A stretch of DNA of 64,000 nt from Laetmonice hystrix. Its lineage: Eukaryota. The stretch lies in the NCBI GenBank assembly GCA_965235115.1, contig OZ249440.1, positions 32,738,001 through 32,802,000 on the forward strand, in the 5' to 3' direction. Below the pieces are notes generated by a model. That model had not been told where the DNA came from. It searched no databases and was given only the letters and a program-made list of their open reading frames with translations. The translations under genes and the position numbers were made by a program. Below, piece after piece: positions 1-13,372 of this stretch. Positions within the stretch are counted from its first letter, which is position 1. Each line of letters opens with the position of its first letter.

Positions 1-17
1 GCAGCCAACCTAGATTT

Positions 18-290
18 ATGACTAGCTTAGATATGGAAAAGGGGTTCCTACAAATGACTCTACGAGCAGGAAAAACACAATTAGCTAGACGGGAGATTAC
101 ATTCTTAGGATTCAGGTTATCAGAGGACGGAATAAGGGCTGACCAAAGAATCTGTGACGATGTCAGAAATTTTCCTACACCTACAACAGTTAAAGAAACA
201 CGATCATTCTTGGGACTATCTCAGTTCTACCGCAAATTCATAAAAGATTATTCAAAACTTGCTAAACCTCTAAATGCTCTTATTTCCTTT
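18..290 (+). pseudogene. Gypsy-type reverse transcriptase fragment (RT C-terminal/thumb region)
   Basis: ORF 18..332 contains ITFLGFRLSEDGI..PTPTTVKETRSFLGLSQFYRKFIKDYSKLAKPL, typical of LTR-retrotransposon RT; similarity stops near 285 and the YxDD region is absent. Confidence 0.85.
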
Positions 291-768
291 TTGTTTTTAG
301 TAGGTGAAGTAGTACAGTATATGTTGATGTAGTGCACAACCAAATCCTGACGACTATAACCAAAGTAACTCAGTAATAGCAATTCAAAATAAATAAATAA
401 ATTGAATCTTTCAGGACATAGTGGGTGGTGGCCGGACTAGTATTGGTAGAGAGTCCCAAGCCTCTGGAAATGGTGAGGGCATCACTCCATCATTCTTTTA
501 GTATTTTCAGACTCAGCAAGAACATGATGGCGCTCAAAAAGCAGCCATGTTCCCCCAGCTAATAAAGGAGGAAGAAGAGAATGGGCCTGGGGTGACTTAT
601 TATTGAAGAATGGTGTGAATGGTCTGAATCGTGGAATCCATCCTCATCTACCTCTGAAAGTGAAGGCGTGGATTTTTAGGAAATAACAAAACAACAAATA
701 CAAAAATGAAATGTTTATTGAATTTGAAAATGAGGTCAGAACACCTACCTAACCAACCTGTACATGAT

Positions 769-2411
769 TTACTTCAGACGATTCTTCTGCCGATTGAAGG
801 CAATCACTGAGGCAACTGAGTCAAAGTCTTCGAGCTTTGGCCCCTCCTGAATGACCCTTGTCAGAACTTCTACAGTTTCTTCCTTAAGGCTGGCCCGAGC
901 CTTTGTTTTAACTCGATTCTGTGCTGAGAAGCCCCGTTTACACGCAACAGATGTGATTGGGGAAGCCATTACGATTTCTGCCAAGGCGCAGAAATCGGGA
1001 AACTGTTCTGCCAAGTTTAAAATTATGTTCTCACACATTTCTGCAAGGATTTTCGTGGTATATGACTTCATCAGGAATTTTAACTGCAAGAAATCCCTTG
1101 ACAGTCTCCCACTGTCTATCAGTGGTGGCAGGTTACTGATCTCGTCTACTAGCTTTCCCTCATCGTTCACCAATTTGGTCCCTTCAGCTTCTTCACCAAA
1201 GTGTTCAATGACATTTTGTACTGCAGTTTCACCATGGTCTCTTATTTGTTCAGATGTAAGGTTCTTCAGATGAGCTGGGTTTAGTATCTGATCTAGATCT
1301 GTGAGAACACTCACTGAATCTGGTGTGAATCTATCCCGTAAGTTATCAAACCAGCTGAGTTATATATGCAGTAGTGTGGTTGAGACATACACCCTCAAGG
1401 TCATCAATATTGGTGAGATTGACCCCTCGGTACTGACCTGTATTTTGAACATCAGCAGAGAGTTTCATAACTTTGTCACCCTTTGAAATCATTGAATGTA
1501 AGGATGGTCGCATAGCTCATAGGCTGTACCACAGAAACATCCACTCTCTCACCTTGGAACAGCTTACTCAGTTTGGACAATGCTGGAAGAGCATCAACGA
1601 AGAACGCAGTAATGTACGCAAATCGGGCTGATTTAACCCGTTTCAGTATACCTTTTGCTTTCTCATTTCCTGCTCTACCTACGTCTGGCTTTGTGGCTTC
1701 ATGTTCAAGTGCAGCAACCAATGCTGGATAGCAAGAAAATATTGCATCAATGGCGCTATGCAGTGACAACCATCTGAAGCTTGCTGGCTCAGAGCAGCAA
1801 ACTTAGTATCATTTGCCTCATCTTCCAGTATGGCTGCCAATGCACGGAGGCTCTCGTATCTCACAGCAGAGTCGGAAAAGAATTTGTAAACAGACTTTGC
1901 AGTTTGCTGATATAGATCATATGCATACGTTCTTACAATGCTTGACCAGCAGCAAGTGCTAGTCTGTGAGCAATGCAATGCACATGTATGAGCCTAGCAT
2001 TGATGGCTTTAAATCGAGCCCCTACACCACCTACATTGCCCAACATAACTGAGGCACCATCGCTTGCCATTGATATAATTCTGGAGAAATCAAGACCTTT
2101 CTGTTTACAGAACATGACCAATGCATTAATGATGGTGTCAGCTTTGCCATCTGGGATTTTTAAGTTGGCGACAAAATGCACTGATGGTTTACCATCCTTT
2201 GTACACTGGAAATACAAATTCAGTTTCTTCTTAACTGTTACATCTGTGGTTTCATCTAAGATGACACCGAGGAACCTGGAGTTCTTCAGTCTATAATTGT
2301 CGACCTCTTCGGTTATTACTTGATTTATGGCATTCAGCATTGCTGTATGTGATTCGTGTGAGGTGTAGAATTTGCTCTCATCCTGCAAAGCTGGGCATCC
2401 ATTCATTTTCT
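769..2411 (-). pseudogene. hAT-superfamily transposase (ZNF862-like), frameshifted
   Basis: Consecutive minus-strand ORFs carry ILDETTD, SDGASVMLG, HCIAHRLALA, a degenerate RWLS-type motif (WLSLHSAI) and the dimerisation motif PITSVACKRGFSAQNRVKTKARASL; several frameshifts; probable splice acceptor near 2411. Confidence 0.88.
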
Positions 2412-2510
2412 GAAAAAGAAAAAGCAAACCTATGTATTGGTCTAGGGTATACAGTTATAGAAATTCATTAGAGCCTGGTAGGGCCTACATCACCCAAATG
2501 TGTTGCTTAA

Positions 2511-3023
2511 AGGGGCATGCTATGGAACACGTTTTGGAGGATTTCCGGCAATTATCCAACATGACCGTGTACTAGGGATGCAAGTAAATAATCTTACCAC
2601 AGCATTTTGTCCTCTGACGTGTTTTCGCTGCGTATGCAGCACAAGTAGGTTCTATACGACCAAACCTATAAATTTCTCCCGATAGCACATCTCCCACAGC
2701 CTCCCATCAACCTGTGTAATCGCGTACTGCGTAACATCCTGCGTGTGCACTCTCTGCCTGTGCTTACTCACATGCTTCGCTTAGTTGTAAACAATTAAGC
2801 AGTTTCACTTGATCGTCCGGCATCAGAATGCCACCCAAAAAATATTTTACGCAATCGGCAGAGAAGCGGGCAAGGGAGCTTCATAAACTTCGATTTCTCA
2901 CGCAAAATGAAACTGATAAGTCTGTCTTTGTTTACCAAGCAATTTTAATGAAGGATCTCTTTATGAAAACAGCAAAAGTTCTTTGAAATACCGATTTTTC
3001 ACGTTTTCTCATAATATGCCCCT
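2511..3023. mobile_element. TTAA-flanked non-autonomous DNA transposon (Kolobok-like MITE)
   Basis: TTAA at 2507-2510 and 3024-3027; inverted termini AGGGGCAT...ATGCCCCT. Confidence 0.75.
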
Positions 3024-3027
3024 TTAA

Positions 3028-3402
3028 ACCCAACAAGAGTGGCGTCTGGCGTCCCACCGGGCGTCCTTAAAGTGTTCCCTGTGAAGTGGATTTTGTTCCT
3101 CGCCACCTCCTTCGCCATCATGTTCAGTAATGCCACTTTTCCTGCGAGCTGCTCCTTTGCTCGCCTTGTTGTTGATTCAAAAAGGGCTCACGTCTCGTTA
3201 CTGGAAATTACCGTGGCATTGCCGTAATGGACACATTTGCGAAAATCTTTGACTTGGTGCTGTGCAAATGGTTAGAACGGTGGTTCCGGCCGGACAGGGA
3301 GCAGGCTGGTGCCCAAAAGGGGCGTGGCTGCCTGGAACATATCATATCACTGAGACTGCTGATCGATTACGCGTTGTCTAAGAACCGTCAGTTATACATA
3401 GT
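3028..3402 (+). pseudogene. Non-LTR retrotransposon (LINE) RT N-terminal fragment
   Basis: Joined across frameshifts: GVPPGVLK..FKKG..GNYRGIAVMDTFAKIF..EQAGAQKGRGCLEHIISLRLLID, matching LINE RT domains 0-2. Confidence 0.85.
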
Positions 3403-3417
3403 TTCTCATACTCATAT

Positions 3418-3939
3418 GATCTCATACCGAGTGGTGTGACTGTACAGGCCTATACACAAGCCCACCACTGCTCAGTGTCCGACCGTACCTGATCTCATAC
3501 TGAGTGGTGTGACTGTACAGGCCTATACACAAGCCCACCACTGCTCAGTGTCCGACCGTACATGATCTCATACTGAGTGGTGTGACTGTACAGGCCTATA
3601 CACAAGCCCACCACTGCTCAGTGTCCGACCGTACCTGATCTCATACTGAGTGGTGTGACTGTACAGGCCTATACACAAGCCCACCACTGCTCAGTGTCCG
3701 ACCGTACCTGATCTCATACTGAGTGGTGTGACTGTACAGGCCTATACACAAGCCCACCACTGCTCAGTGTCCGACCGTACCTGATCTCATACTGAGTGGT
3801 GTGACTGTACAGGCCTATACACAAGCCCACCACTGCTCAGTGTCCGACCGTACCTGATCTCATACTGAGTGGTGTGACTGTACAGGCTTATACACAAGCC
3901 CACTACTGCTCAGTGTCCGACCGTACCTGATCTCATACT
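3418..3939. repeat. 73-bp tandem repeat, left part (about 7 units)
   Basis: Unit gatctcatactgagtggtgtgactgtacaggcctatacacaagcccaccactgctcagtgtccgaccgtacct recurs every 73 bp (e.g. 3491, 3564). Confidence 0.95.
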
Positions 3940-4090
3940 TGTTATATCCTATCTAGGTCACCGTGACATACTTGTAGCCAATAGAAATAAAGCATACTCG
4001 GATGTGCAGAGCACTCCAGGTCGTAACACAGCAAGTGGCCATTTTATTGTCATGTCGATTAATCAGACTGCATCGGGCAACATAAAGTCA
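3940..4090 (+). repeat. 5' LTR of Gypsy A (last 5 bp missing)
   Basis: Matches 12921-13071 with 3 substitutions counted by eye. Confidence 0.93.
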
Positions 4091-4226
4091 GAAACACGGG
4101 AACTCATATAGGAAGGCACGAGCTGTCTACCTATCCAGAACTTAACGCTTGACACGCTTGCGAAAGCACGTGAAAGCACCGACTTTTTGACCCTTTTGCC
4201 GACGACCGCTGGCTCCAGCAGGCAGC

Positions 4227-5100
4227 ATGGCGCAGCACACGCTGAAGCCACCGACGTTTGTTGCTCAGCCCGAGAGTCTAGTTACGAGCTGGCTAGATTT
4301 CCTTGAGGAATTTAATTTGTACCTGCGGGCAACGAAACAGGCTGACGACGATGATGGGACGAAGATCGCACTACTATTATGTTCGATGGGCCGGACATAC
4401 ATCAAAGTTTACAACCACTTTGAGTTTGTGTTTGTGTTGCCGGAGATGAAGGATAATTTCAACGCGGTTGTCCGGCAGTTCGGAGCCTACTTCGAGCCGA
4501 AGCGACTTACGAAACTTTCTGTTTCGAAATTTCAAAACTGACGTCAGCACCCTGGTGAAACCGCGGCTGAGTACGTAAATGCATTAAGGACTTGGCGAAA
4601 AATTGTGACTTCGGTGAGATTGAGGAGAGAATGATAGCCTTTCAAGTCTCGAACGGAGTGAGGAATGAGGAGCTAAGGAAACGACTGTGGGATGACGACT
4701 TATCCCTAGCAGAAACGATCAAGAAATGCCACATACATGAGCAGAGACGGGAGAATAGGACGATGTACGAGCAACAAGAGACATCACAACAGGCGAGTGT
4801 TAGCTACTACACTCGGGGTCGGGCGAGGAGCCGCGGCCCAGGTCGATCACAGCGAGGACGGGGACGCTACCCATCCTACCCGGCAGCCAGCCACGGTGCC
4901 GCCGCGGGCCCAAGCCGTGGACGCGCACGCGGCCGTGGGCACTACGACGAGAGTCACACGCATCGACAGGGGATGCGTGGTCCACCGTGCTACAATTGCG
5001 GTAGAGTGCATCAGCAAGGTCGGTGCCCAGCATATACGGCCAGCATTGTAATTTCTGTAATGTCAGAGATCATTTTGCGATAGTATGCCAGAAAAAACGG
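4227..5100 (+). pseudogene. gag: gag of Gypsy A
   Basis: ORFs 4227..4541 and 4592..5083 (stop plus frameshift): capsid-like KIALLL..G, RQHPGE..EY..L..LAKNCDFG, an RG-rich tract, and paired Cys/His knuckles CYNCGRVH..CPA / CNFCNVRDHFAIVC. Confidence 0.88.
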
Positions 5101-7446
5101 AAATATAAAAGACTGAACTATAGTTACACGGAGCAGCAAACTGCAGAGCAGGAGCCACATTGTGATTCTGAGAACCTGATGAGAGACGAGGTCTATGTGT
5201 TTGGCATAACAGCAGAGATGAGTGACAATGATACAGGTAACACGAACAGTGACAGTGATGCAGGTAACACGAACAGTAACAATGATACAGATAACAGGGA
5301 TGCATGCATTCTCAGAGGGGTTGATGATACCGTTGATAATACTGTTGCTATTGTTGATGATGATGATGCCATCGATGTTGATGTGCTAAGTATGGTTAAG
5401 CCTACAGATGTTTGTAGCAGAAAGAAATGCAATCGATGGTGTGTAACATTGGAGATGACAGATCATAGCAATGTACATTTCAAAATAGATACACAAGGTG
5501 AGGTAACGGTAATCCCTACACAGGTATACCAAACACTCAGAGTGAAACCAAAAATGTTACCCAGTAACACAGTAATTTGGGGCTTTGGTGGCAAGGCTAC
5601 CAAATCGCAGGGTATCACTACCCTACAAGTTGCAATGCCAGAGGGGAATACATACTATCTGAGGACAGAAATTGTTGAAGGTGAGGGCAACCCCCCCATT
5701 CTCAGTGTAGAGGATAGTGAAAATCTGGGTTTGGTAAAAAGGTTGTATAAAACTACTTCAACGGAAACTCAAGTTGTTCCTCAAAGTACGCAGGCCATTG
5801 TAGAAAAATACAAACGCTGCATGCAAGGGGTTGGGTGTATCCCAGGCACATATTCGCTGAAATATGACCCAACTGTACTCCCTGTTGCCCACCCTCCGCG
5901 TCCTGTCCCCGCAGCTTTGCGCGAGGTGGTGAAAACAAAACTCGATCTGCTCGAACAAGAAGGGATCATAGCGAAGGTACCGGTTGGTGTACCAACGCCA
6001 TGGTGCAGTACCATGCATGTCGTCATGAAGAAGAACAGTAAACCGGGGAAGCCAAATGTTCGCATTACAATGGATCCGAAGGATCTGAACAAGGCATTGC
6101 TACGAGAATACCATCCGATCAGTACAGTTGAAGATGTCATCACGAGGACACACGGTTCAAAGATATTTATGGTACTCGACGCGGACCAAGGATTTTTCCA
6201 GATAAAGCTGGATGAGGAGAGTGCGATGCACACAGCATTCAACACACCATTTGGTCGGTACTACTACAAAAGGCTACCAATGGGGATCAGCAGTGCGCCG
6301 GAGATTTATCAACGTGCCATGACAGAATTATTCGAAGGACTCCCAGGCGTAGAGATCATAATGGATGATCTCCTGGTGCATGGCAAAGACCTGAAGGCAC
6401 ATGACAAAATGCTAGAAGATGTATTGAAGAGGTGCGTAGACCGCAATCTGAAACTCAATGCGGCAAAAACCAAACTGGCGCAGCCAGAGGTAGAATATGT
6501 GGGACAAGTTCTCACAGCAGAAGGAGTCAAAATTTCCGAGGACAAGATCAAGGTGGTGGTTAGCATCCCACGCCCGGAGGACATTCACAATGTCCGTATG
6601 CTCCTAGGGATGGTCAACTACACAATGAAGTTCATGCCGGAACTGTCAGCGACAACGGAGCCGCTCAGGCAAATACTCAAGGAGAGTCCGGAGCACGGAT
6701 TTGAGTTCCACTGGGATCCAGTGCATGAGGAGGCGTTTCAAAAACTGAAAGTCATGATGACAAGCGCCCCAGTACTCAGATACTACAACCCTACAGAACC
6801 GGTTGTAATCTCATGCGATGCAAGTCAGTCAGGGCTGGGTATGGTCTTACAGCAACAAGACCAGCCAGTTGCTTACGGGTCCAAAACAGCAGAGTACGCA
6901 TACAGTCAAATCGAGAAGGAATTGGGTTAGGGTTAGTTCCACACATACATATATGGCAAAGAGGATGTAACTGTGGAAACCGACCACCTCCCCCTGCTGA
7001 GGATAATGGAAAAGCAGCTTCAAAAACTTCAAAAGATGCGCATGCGCCTACAGCAGTACACTTTCAAACTTGTACACAGGGCAGGAAAGGATATTCCAGT
7101 TGCAGACAATCTCAGCAGACTCCATCTACCGGAAACAGGTAACGAACCACAGTTCACAGTTCTCGCGACAGAAATCAAAAGCATAACTTCCTTCAACCCA
7201 CCGAAGTTGGACGTGCTCGTCAGGGAAACAGAGAGAGATGAGATGTTGAAGGAGCTAAAGTTGGTTATCGTCGAGGGATGGCCGCTCGACAAGGATTCAG
7301 TGCACCCAACAGTCAAACCATACTGGGACTCCAGGGAAGAGATGAACATAGTGCATGGTATAATCTTCAAAGGACAGAGAGTAGTTATACCAGCATCAAT
7401 GCAAACGGAAATGATGACCAAACTACACGCGTCCCACCAAGGGATG
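5023..7446 (+). pseudogene. pol: pol of Gypsy A: protease, RT, partly deleted RNase H, start of integrase
   Basis: FKIDTQG protease motif; RLPMGISSAPEIYQ and IMDDLLV RT motifs; CDASQSGLG, YSQIEKE and ETDH RNase H motifs with deletions; ends KLHASHQGM at the insertion. Confidence 0.93.
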
Positions 7447-10400
7447 TAGTCTAGTAGCCAGCCCTATATGGCCAATAGTGAACCCAGAAATGTTGAGTAC
7501 CCAAAGGTATTTTGATGGAAATGTAATCTATGATGTGTGGGGACTCAAAAACCGCCGCATGCTAATTTGTATATGTTGGGCAATTAGTGTAATTAGCTTA
7601 ATTAGCCCGAAAAAGGCATATATCATAGATTCCCTATAAATGGACTTTGAGTCACATTTCTGGTGTCTAAATCTATGTTTTCGGTAGCAAGGAATTCATT
7701 AAACATATTTCTAGACCCATTTGCTAATTATTTGAAAGCCTAATTAGCATAATTAATATAAAATTGATAAAACAAATAGTAAATTCTACGTAAATGCACG
7801 TGGAAGTTATATCTGGGTTCTTAAAACTGTGTTTCCAGCCTAAATGAAATTGGTGAACACTGTTTAAAGCTCATGTACAAAGTTATCACAAGCGAAATTA
7901 GGCTAATTACACTAATACTATCCGAAATTATGCTAATTAGCATCAACCTAGTGACTGCCCGAAAAAGGAACATATCACAGATTCCCTGTAAATCAACGTA
8001 GAATCACAATTTTGGTGTCGAAATCTACCTTTTTGACCCCAAGGATTTGATTAAACGTGTCTTCAGACTCATTTGTATATTGTTTGCATGCTTAATTAGC
8101 ATAATTAACATGAAATTGATAAAGTCTATGTAAATGCACTTGGAGCTTTTATCAGGGTGCTTAAAACTGCATTTACGGCCTAAATGAAAATGTTGAACAT
8201 GGTTTCAAGCCCATGTACAAAGTGATTACAAGCGAATCTGCATAATTTTGGATAGTATTAGTGTAATTAGCAGAGGCCTACTGGTCGCCCAAAAAAAGAA
8301 TATATCATAGATTCCCTATAAATCAACATAGAATCCCATTTTTGTGTGTCTAAATCTATGTTTTCGACCCCAAGGATTTGATTAAACGTATCTTCAGACT
8401 CATTTGTATATTGTTTGCATGCTTAATTAGCATAATTAACATAAAATTGATAAGACGAATATGTCAATGCACTTGGAGCTTTTATCTGGGTGTTTAAAAT
8501 TGCGATTCCGGCCTCAATGAATTTGTTGAACATGGATTCGCGTTCATGTACAAATTCATTACAAGCGAAATTAGCGTAATTTTAGGCATGGGATTTGTCC
8601 GGATTTGTTTTTATGGGGGGGGGGGGGGGGGCTGCTGGCGGCAATGATAATACTCCAATCCGACCCTTCCATTGGTTCATGGCTGTAGCGCCAGGGGATT
8701 AGTATTTTTCTTCACTTATAGAACATCCAAATACCTGGATCTTCTGTTCAAAGTGAACCAGCTCTGCGGGTCATGGATGTGGGAACTGAGGGTGGAAGAA
8801 TATGTTTGCGTGTCACTCCAGTCCCCTTAGAAATTTGGCTGAGTGCAAACATATGGTCTTTTGTCACCAAACCTCTGTTGAAGAGGACTTGGAATTTACC
8901 AAAAACTGCTTTTTTATTGCTCTAAAATGCGCCAGATATAACCAAATCGCACCTTTATTTTCAAAATCTTTAAAAGTTTTCCGAGTAGCCTAGGAAGCTC
9001 CCGGACCTCCTAGAAGTGATTCATGCCTTTGCCCTTGGTGCTCGCTCGAACCCCACCCACCAAATGTCGGACCTTTCATAATCTGGGAATCTTATGCCTG
9101 AATGAGGCAAAAATTAACTGACATTCCAATGTTTTTAGACGTATCTGTTCACTTAGCCTAACTTCTACTTATTCACCATCCTCCTCATCCCTTTTTTCTA
9201 TGTCTTCTTCCGCAGTGTTACGAATAGTCAGTGGATTGAGCCAGTTGTTTCCTGCTTCACAAACACGGTATAGCCTGTGCAGGAAAGCCCAGCAGACTTG
9301 CAACTACAGTTGCTTTGACGGCAAGCATTTCCTTCTGCACGGTAGCTGCAGCTGATAATGTCCAGAAGAGCGTTTTGGAGCCACTGGCTAGTCGGATGTG
9401 TGCGGCATTACATCTCTTCCCTCCGTGATGTCCCAGCCATGGCTTTTGATAGCATTTGAAGCTGCCGGGTGCTGGAGGAGTGGCTTTGTCAGCAGCTTGC
9501 CACAACTGTATTTACAGAATATGCACGAAGCCTATGAAGGGAAAGATTGGTAGGTGGTAACTTCTTCAGAGGAGGTTGTTTCTTCCTGATCCTGAAGATG
9601 TTGTATCTCGCCTCGTTCATGGACGATGCCTTCGGGAAGGGCAAGGTCTCTGCCCTGAAGTTGCTTGAAAATGAGCATGCCTGAGTTGGACACGGTCCTT
9701 GGGGAGGAGGAGGCTACACCTACTAAAATCCAACAAGCTACCCAAGGCGTCCATGAACGAGGCGAGATACAACATCTTCAGGATCGATAATAATCTGTCC
9801 CTTCATAGGATTCTTGCATATACAGTTGTGGCAAGCTGCTGACAAAGCCACTCCTCTAGCACACAGCAGCTTCAAATGCTATCACAAGCCATGGCTGGGA
9901 CATCATGGAGGGAAGAGATGTAATGCTGACTAGTCAGTGGCTCCAGAACACTCTCCTGGAAATTATCAGCTGCAGCTACCATGCAGAAGGAAATGCTTGC
10001 CGTCAAAGCAACTGTAGTTGCAAGTCTGCTGGGCTTTCCTGTTTATAAAGCAGGAAACAACTGGCTCAATCCACTGACTATTCGTGACACTGAGGAAGAA
10101 GACATAGAAGAAGAGAGGGATAACCGATAAGGAGGATGGTGAATGAGTAGTTGTTTGAAGTTAGGCTTTGAAGTGAGCATATATAGGTCTATCATGTCTA
10201 AAAACATTGGAATCAAAAATTATGCTAATTTAGGCCTGAAACGCAGTTTTAAATACCCAGATAAAAGCTCCAAGTGCATTTACATAGACTTTATTATTTG
10301 TTTTATCAATCTTATGTTAATTGTGCTAATTAGGCATGCAAATAATATACAAATGAGTCTGAAGATACGTTTAATTAAATCCTTGGGGTCGAAAACATAG

Positions 10401-11635
10401 ATTTAGACACAAAAATTGTGATTCTAAGTTGATTTATAGGGAATTTATGGTATATTCCTTTTTCAGGCAATCAGTAGGCCTATGCTAATTAGCTTAATTA
10501 CACTAATACTATCCAAAATTATGCAAATTTTTCTTGTAGTAACTTTTTACATGAGCTCGAAACCATGTTCAACGGATTCATTTAGGCCGGAAACACAGTT
10601 TTAAGCACCCTGATAAAAATTCCAAATGCATTTACATAGACTTTATTACTTGTTTTATCAATTTTATGTTAATTATGCTAATTAAGCATGCAAACAATAT
10701 ACAAATGAGTCTGAAGATACGTTTAATCAAATCATAGATTTGGACTTTAAAATTGTGATTCTAAGTTGATTTATAGGGAATCTATGATAAATTCCTTTTT
10801 GGGCGCTCAGTAGCCCTATGCTAATTAGGCTAATTACACTAATACTATCCAAAATTATGCTAATTCTGCTTGTAGTAAATTTGTACATGAGCTCGAAGCC
10901 ATGTTCAACAAAAAAGCGGGAAACACAGTTTTAAGCACCCAGATAGAAGTTCCAAGTGCATTTACACAGACTTTACCATTATGTAATCAATTTGCTAATT
11001 AAGCATGCAAATAATTAGCAAATCATTCTAGAAATATGTTTAATGAATTCCTTGCGACCGAAAACATAGGTTTAGACATCAAAAATGGGACTCAAAGTCG
11101 ATTTATAGGGAATTTATGATTGATTCTTTTTTCGGGCAATCAGTAGGTTGATGCTTATTAGGCTAATTACACTAATACTATCCAAAATTATGCTAATTTC
11201 GCTTGTGATAACTTTGTACATGAGCTTGAAACAATGTTTCACAATTTCATTTAGGCCAGAAACACAGTTTTAAGAACCCAGATATAAGTTCCACGTGCAT
11301 TTACATAGACTTTACCATTTGTTTTATCAATTTTATATTAATTATGCTAATTAGGCTTTCAAATAATTAACAAATGGGTCTAGAAATATGTTTAATGAAT
11401 TCCTTGCTACCGAAAACATAAATTTAGACACCAAAAATGTGACTCAAAGTCCATTTATAGGGAATCTATGATAGATTCCTTTTTCAGGCTAATTAGGCTA
11501 ATTACACTAATTGCCCAACATATACAAATTAGCATGCGACGGTTTCCGAGTCCCCACACATCATAGATCACATTTCCATCAAAATACCTTAGGGTACTCA
11601 ACATTTCTGGGTTCACCTATCTGGCTACTAGACTA
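7447..11635. mobile_element. Non-autonomous fold-back DNA transposon, Academ-like
   Basis: Termini TAGTCTAGTAGCCAG / CTGGCTACTAGACTA; 3-bp TSD ATG (7444-7446, 11636-11638); kilobase-scale AT-rich inverted arms; internal relics FGKGKVSALKLL, NEARYNIF and ISCS..GNACRQSNCSCKSAGLSC. Confidence 0.8.
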
Positions 11636-12726
11636 ATGGTGAAAACCAAACAACTAGCGCGTGACTTGATTTATTGGCCAGGAATAAATGCACAAATAGA
11701 AGACGCCATATCGCGGTGTGGGCCATGTCAAAAGATGAGGGCGTATCAAGAGAAGGAACCTCTCATTCCCTCAGACATACCGACAGCACCATGGACAGTG
11801 GTTGCGGAAGACCTGTTCTCCATTGAAGGGGAGAAATTTCTACTGATAGTGGACTACTATTCAGAATGGTTCGAAATCAAGAAGCTTGGACGAGACTCTA
11901 CAGCAGTACCAGTGATCAAAGCAAACAAAGAAGTGTTCACCACACACGGCATTCCAATGAAGGTGATATTAGACAATGGGCCACCATTTGACAGTGCCCT
12001 ATTCCGTACATTTGCCAGCGAGTATGGATTCGATCACACAACCATGTCACCACTTCACTCACAGACGAACGGGATGGCAGAGAAAGCAGTGAATATTGCA
12101 AAGAGGATGATCAAAAAGTGTAGAGATGATCGCAGTGATGTGTACATAGCCTTGCTGAATATCAGGAATACCCCAAGAGACACTACACTAGGTTCTCCAG
12201 CACAGAGGTTAATGGGTCGACGGACTCGGACACAACTACCAACCAACGTGTCCCTGCTCAGACCTAAAACCATCAAACCAGAAATCGTGAAGAAAAAAAT
12301 GACAAGTTATCGTGCGACAGCAAAATACTACTATGATCGTGGGTCGAAAACACATGAGCCGCTCAAGGAGGGCGACGCAGTCAGAGTATGGGACAAGAAG
12401 ACATGGAAACCAGCATTGCTCATGCCAAGAAAAGATGCGCAGACTGACCCAAGGTCATATTATGTGAAGCTGCCAAGCGGGAGAATATGGAGAGACGGGA
12501 CATTATGAAGACAGGAGAGAGAGGGATATACAGACAGGAAGCGGATTCAGAGGAGGAAGATGATCCACCAGCAAACCCCCCAGATCCACCAGCAAACCCC
12601 CCAGATCCACCGGCAGGTCCAGTGCCGAATGACCCTCCTCCTGACCCACCATCTCCGGGGCCACCCAGACCTAGGTCTGTCAGAGTATCCCGCCGTCCCC
12701 CAAGATACAATGACGATGTCATGTAA
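11636..12726 (+). pseudogene. Integrase of Gypsy A, continuing pol after the insertion
   Basis: IYWPGI..CGPCQ zinc-binding half; VDYYSEW, LDNGPPF and TNGMAEKAV catalytic core; PRSYYV; frameshifted Pro-rich tail. Confidence 0.93.
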
Positions 12727-12920
12727 GTTGTCGTGGAAGGATTTTAAGAGTACCGGGAATTTTATTAGAGTTTTAAACCTCAGGCTAACACATATTTTGG
12801 AGGCCTGAGATATAGATTTTTTTTGTGCCATTACTTTGCCACGTAGCGCCTTAGTGCAAATTAACAACTACTTATTTGGTAATATGTTTCTTTTTTTTCA
12901 TTTAAATTCAAAAGGGAGGA

Positions 12921-13076
12921 TGTTATATCCTATCTAGGTCACCGTGACATACTTGTAGCCAATGGAAATAAAACATACTCGGATGTGCAGAGCACTCCAG
13001 GTCGTAACACAGCAAGTGGCCATTTTATTGTCATGTCGATTAATCAGACCGCATCGGGCAACATAAAGTCATAACA
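12921..13076 (+). repeat. 3' LTR of Gypsy A (156 bp)
   Basis: TG...CA ends; preceded by AAAAGGGAGGA (12910-12920); followed by TSD ATACT. Confidence 0.95.
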
Positions 13077-13372
13077 ATACTGAGTGGTGTGACTGTACAG
13101 GCCTATACACAAGCCCACCACTGCTCAGTGTCCGACCGTACCTGATCTCATACTGAGTGGTGTGACTGTACAGGCCTATAGACAAGCCCACTACTGCTCA
13201 GTGTCCGACCGTACCTGATCTCATACTGAGTGGTGTGACTGTACAGGCCTATACACAAGCCCACTACTGCTCAGTGTCCGACCGTACCTGATCTCATACT
13301 GAGTGGTGTGACTGTACAGGCCTATACACAAGCCCACTACTGCTCAGTGTCCGACCGTACCTGATCTCATAC
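13077..13372. repeat. 73-bp tandem repeat, right part (about 4 units)
   Basis: Same unit as 3418-3939, resuming in register after the LTR. Confidence 0.95.

Larger units (their letters stand above)
3940..13076 (+). mobile_element. Gypsy LTR retrotransposon A (Mag-like), full length but decayed
   Basis: Direct repeats 3940-4090 and 12921-13076 start TGTTATAT and the 3' copy ends ATAACA; 5-bp TSD ATACT (3935-3939, 13077-13081); polypurine tract before the 3' LTR; order gag-PR-RT-RH-IN. Confidence 0.95.

Noticed and set aside
769..2411. Host ZNF862 gene
   Set aside because: Only the hAT transposase part is present and it is frameshifted.
3418..3939. Regular arrays (73, 50, 83 and 35 bp) as CRISPR
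   Set aside because: Units are contiguous with no unique spacers, there are no cas genes, and the context is eukaryotic.
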